The notes under the pieces: model-generated
What the model saw: the letters and a program-made list of their open reading frames with translations, nothing else
What the model was told of the DNA's origin: nothing
The model's database searches: none
Made by a program: the position numbers and the translations under genes
Source of the DNA: Oikopleura dioica
Lineage: Eukaryota > Animalia > Chordata
Length of the DNA: 64,000 bases
NCBI GenBank assembly: GCA_907165135.1
Contig: OU015566.1
Coordinates: 12,152,001 to 12,216,000 of the forward strand
Direction: 5' to 3'
Shown: one piece after another, positions 62,201 through 64,000 of the stretch
Position numbering within the stretch: the stretch's first letter is position 1
Layout: each line of letters opens with the position of its first letter

Positions 62201-64000
62201 CAATCAAATGAATAGCGATGGATCCGTGTACACAAGGAAGACACTTTGGAATCGTCGTAAGTCCGGAAGGATACTTGAGCTTCTATTTGAGCTCGCGAAA
62301 AATGACACTCAATCCACTATTACAAGAATTGAAGTCATGAGATTCTCAATAGATCGTTAAGTCGGATATTAACTATCGTATAAAATCTTGATTTATACCG
62401 GTGTGACCCAGAGTTCATTCATTGCTTATCAAATCATAAAGATTTAAAAGCCATTTCGAACCAACGGACAATACGATAAATCAAATATTCAACAATTCAA
62501 CAAAATTTGAACTCGTATTTCATAATAGGAAGTGCGTAAAAAGGAAACTCTAAAATTAAGCAAACGGTTGTCCACATATAAGACCGGAAGACGTAAATTC
62601 TATTCAAGAATTTTGAATTTGTCAAGAGCACTTGAAAAACATGTCGCAACAGTCCCTGATAACTTCACTTTCAGGTATCGGACGCCTTGGAATGGTGTCG
62701 CGTTGACACTGCAGATGGCTGTTAATAAGAATCATAAATTTTTGTCACCAAAGGTTGCCATTGGTAACTCTCAAGAGTTTGAACGTTCAAGTGTCTGTTA
62801 GTGAGTTATTTATTATTCCTTTCCGATCGAGGGACCCATCATCTGCGTATTCCATCATCAAGTGCAAGTTGCCCTCGTTTTCGAAATTTTGAATGTAGCG
62901 AATGATGTTCGGATGCTGCAGGACTTTCAGAACATTGGCTTCATTCAGCGCTTGCATTCGCTCAGTCTGGCTCATACCATCGGTGTGAACAACCTTCATG
63001 ATCACGTGCTTGCCGTCAGCCTTATTTTTGAAAAGAGTAGCGGTTCCTTGCGCGCCTTTTCCGACCACATTGAGCTTCTCGTAGCCGTTGAGAATCTTCG
63101 AACCATCGACTTGACTCGATTTGAAGTAGTAATCCTGAAGGATATTCCTCGTTGTCTCCAAAATGATAGCTCACCTGTATCCGAAGCTTTACAAATTCCG
63201 AGTCTTGCGGCCTCGCAGTATTTACCACAAGAACATCCTGTCCCGTCGAATCACGTGTCAGAACGACTCGATCAGGAAATCGCTTCGTTAGCTCTCGATT
63301 GACGAAATCGTAATTTTTCACGTTCTGAGAGAATTTTTTATCAGCCTCAAGACCTTGAAAACTTGAAAGGCCAGCTGCAAAGTTATTCCGCGAATAGGCT
63401 TTATCTAACGGAAATGGGCCGAAGTAAGTGTTTGAAAACCGTTAAAATGCTCTGAATATCTACCGCAGAGCAAATGTTACTGGCACTTGAATTTGGCTCG
63501 CTAGAGATAAATTTATGGCTACTGTGGTCGATAAAGGGACAGTTTCAAGGGTTCTTCCCAGACTGTAAGAAATTGTATGATCTTGCGAAAAATAAGGTAT
63601 GTCCTTACACCGACCATATCCTTACACCGACCAATTCCTTACACCGACCAAAATCCTTACACCGACCACTTTCAGAATTTGGTCGGTGTAAGGAATTGGT
63701 CGGTGTAAGGATTTGGTCGGTGTAAGGATATGGTCGGTGTAAGGAAATACCGAAAAATAAGTTGAGGAAATTTATTATATTTTGAAAAATAAGCATTAAT
63801 TTAGCTAGAAAAATTGTTTAATAATTACCTTGGCGCCAAGAATGTGAACAAGGCCGCGGTTATTAAGAAGGTCATCCATGATGTTTTTGAGGAATTGCAT
63901 GGCAGAATTCCCGCCGCACGGATCCACAGGCGTAATGAGCCCATCCTTCCCGTTCAGCAAATTGATGCCACCTTCCCCACAGGTCGGCAAAATTCCAATA
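59253..64000 (-). CDS. NEK8/NEK9-like kinase with RCC1 repeats, coiled coil and CaaX, plus an N-terminal GT-B-like domain; 5'-partial
   Basis: [31 protein letters not shown]|[22 protein letters not shown]; RCC1 repeats ([32 protein letters not shown]); ends KVCTIM*. Confidence 0.9.
63596..63751. mobile_element. 156-bp foldback/Mutator-like MITE, four 17-18-nt repeats per arm
   Basis: 9-bp TSD GAAAAATAA (63587-63595, 63752-63760); ends GGTAT...ATACC; TCCTTACACCGACCA x4 mirrored by TGGTCGGTGTAAGGA x4. Confidence 0.9.

Noticed and set aside
63605-63796. ORFs with HRPxS / GRCKE repeats; array resembling CRISPR
   Set aside because: Mirror-image MITE arms with no unique spacers; eukaryotic context and no cas genes
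1-64000. tRNA, rRNA, SL RNA or snoRNA genes
   Set aside because: No convincing cloverleaf, SL exon or paired C/D boxes seen by eye; tRNAscan-SE or Infernal would be needed to exclude them

Overview
Very compact animal genomic DNA: about 30 protein-coding genes in 64 kb, most introns 39-60 nt, short intergenic spacers and several non-GT donor sites. I infer an appendicularian tunicate, Oikopleura dioica or a close relative; this is not proven. Left to right: 3' part of NDUFS1; two tandem C-type-lectin-like type II membrane genes, one carrying a piggyBac-type MITE; 11 consecutive minus-strand genes in an operon-like run (PDF, pseudo-PDF, anillin, HHAT, NGDN, RAD1, CCDC40, B9D1, VAMP, a BTB protein, AMMECR1); two tandem coiled-coil RING genes; Disabled; ZDHHC13/17; two paralogous small secreted peptides sharing a promoter motif; a FASTK/RAP-domain gene; a 1.3 kb foldback/Mutator-like element; NCLX; TIL-domain and oikosin-like secreted proteins; CDO1; a Fos/ATF3-like bZIP; and a NEK-RCC1 kinase gene that runs off the right edge. 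Strongest leads: (1) the NEK kinase appears spliced in frame to an upstream GT-B/GT4 glycosyltransferase-like domain and ends in a CaaX box; (2) an active peptide deformylase lies in tandem with a catalytically dead paralog, both with C-terminal hydrophobic tails. No tRNA, rRNA, SL RNA or CRISPR array was recognised. Exon structures were read by eye and homologies come from recalled family motifs, not database searches.
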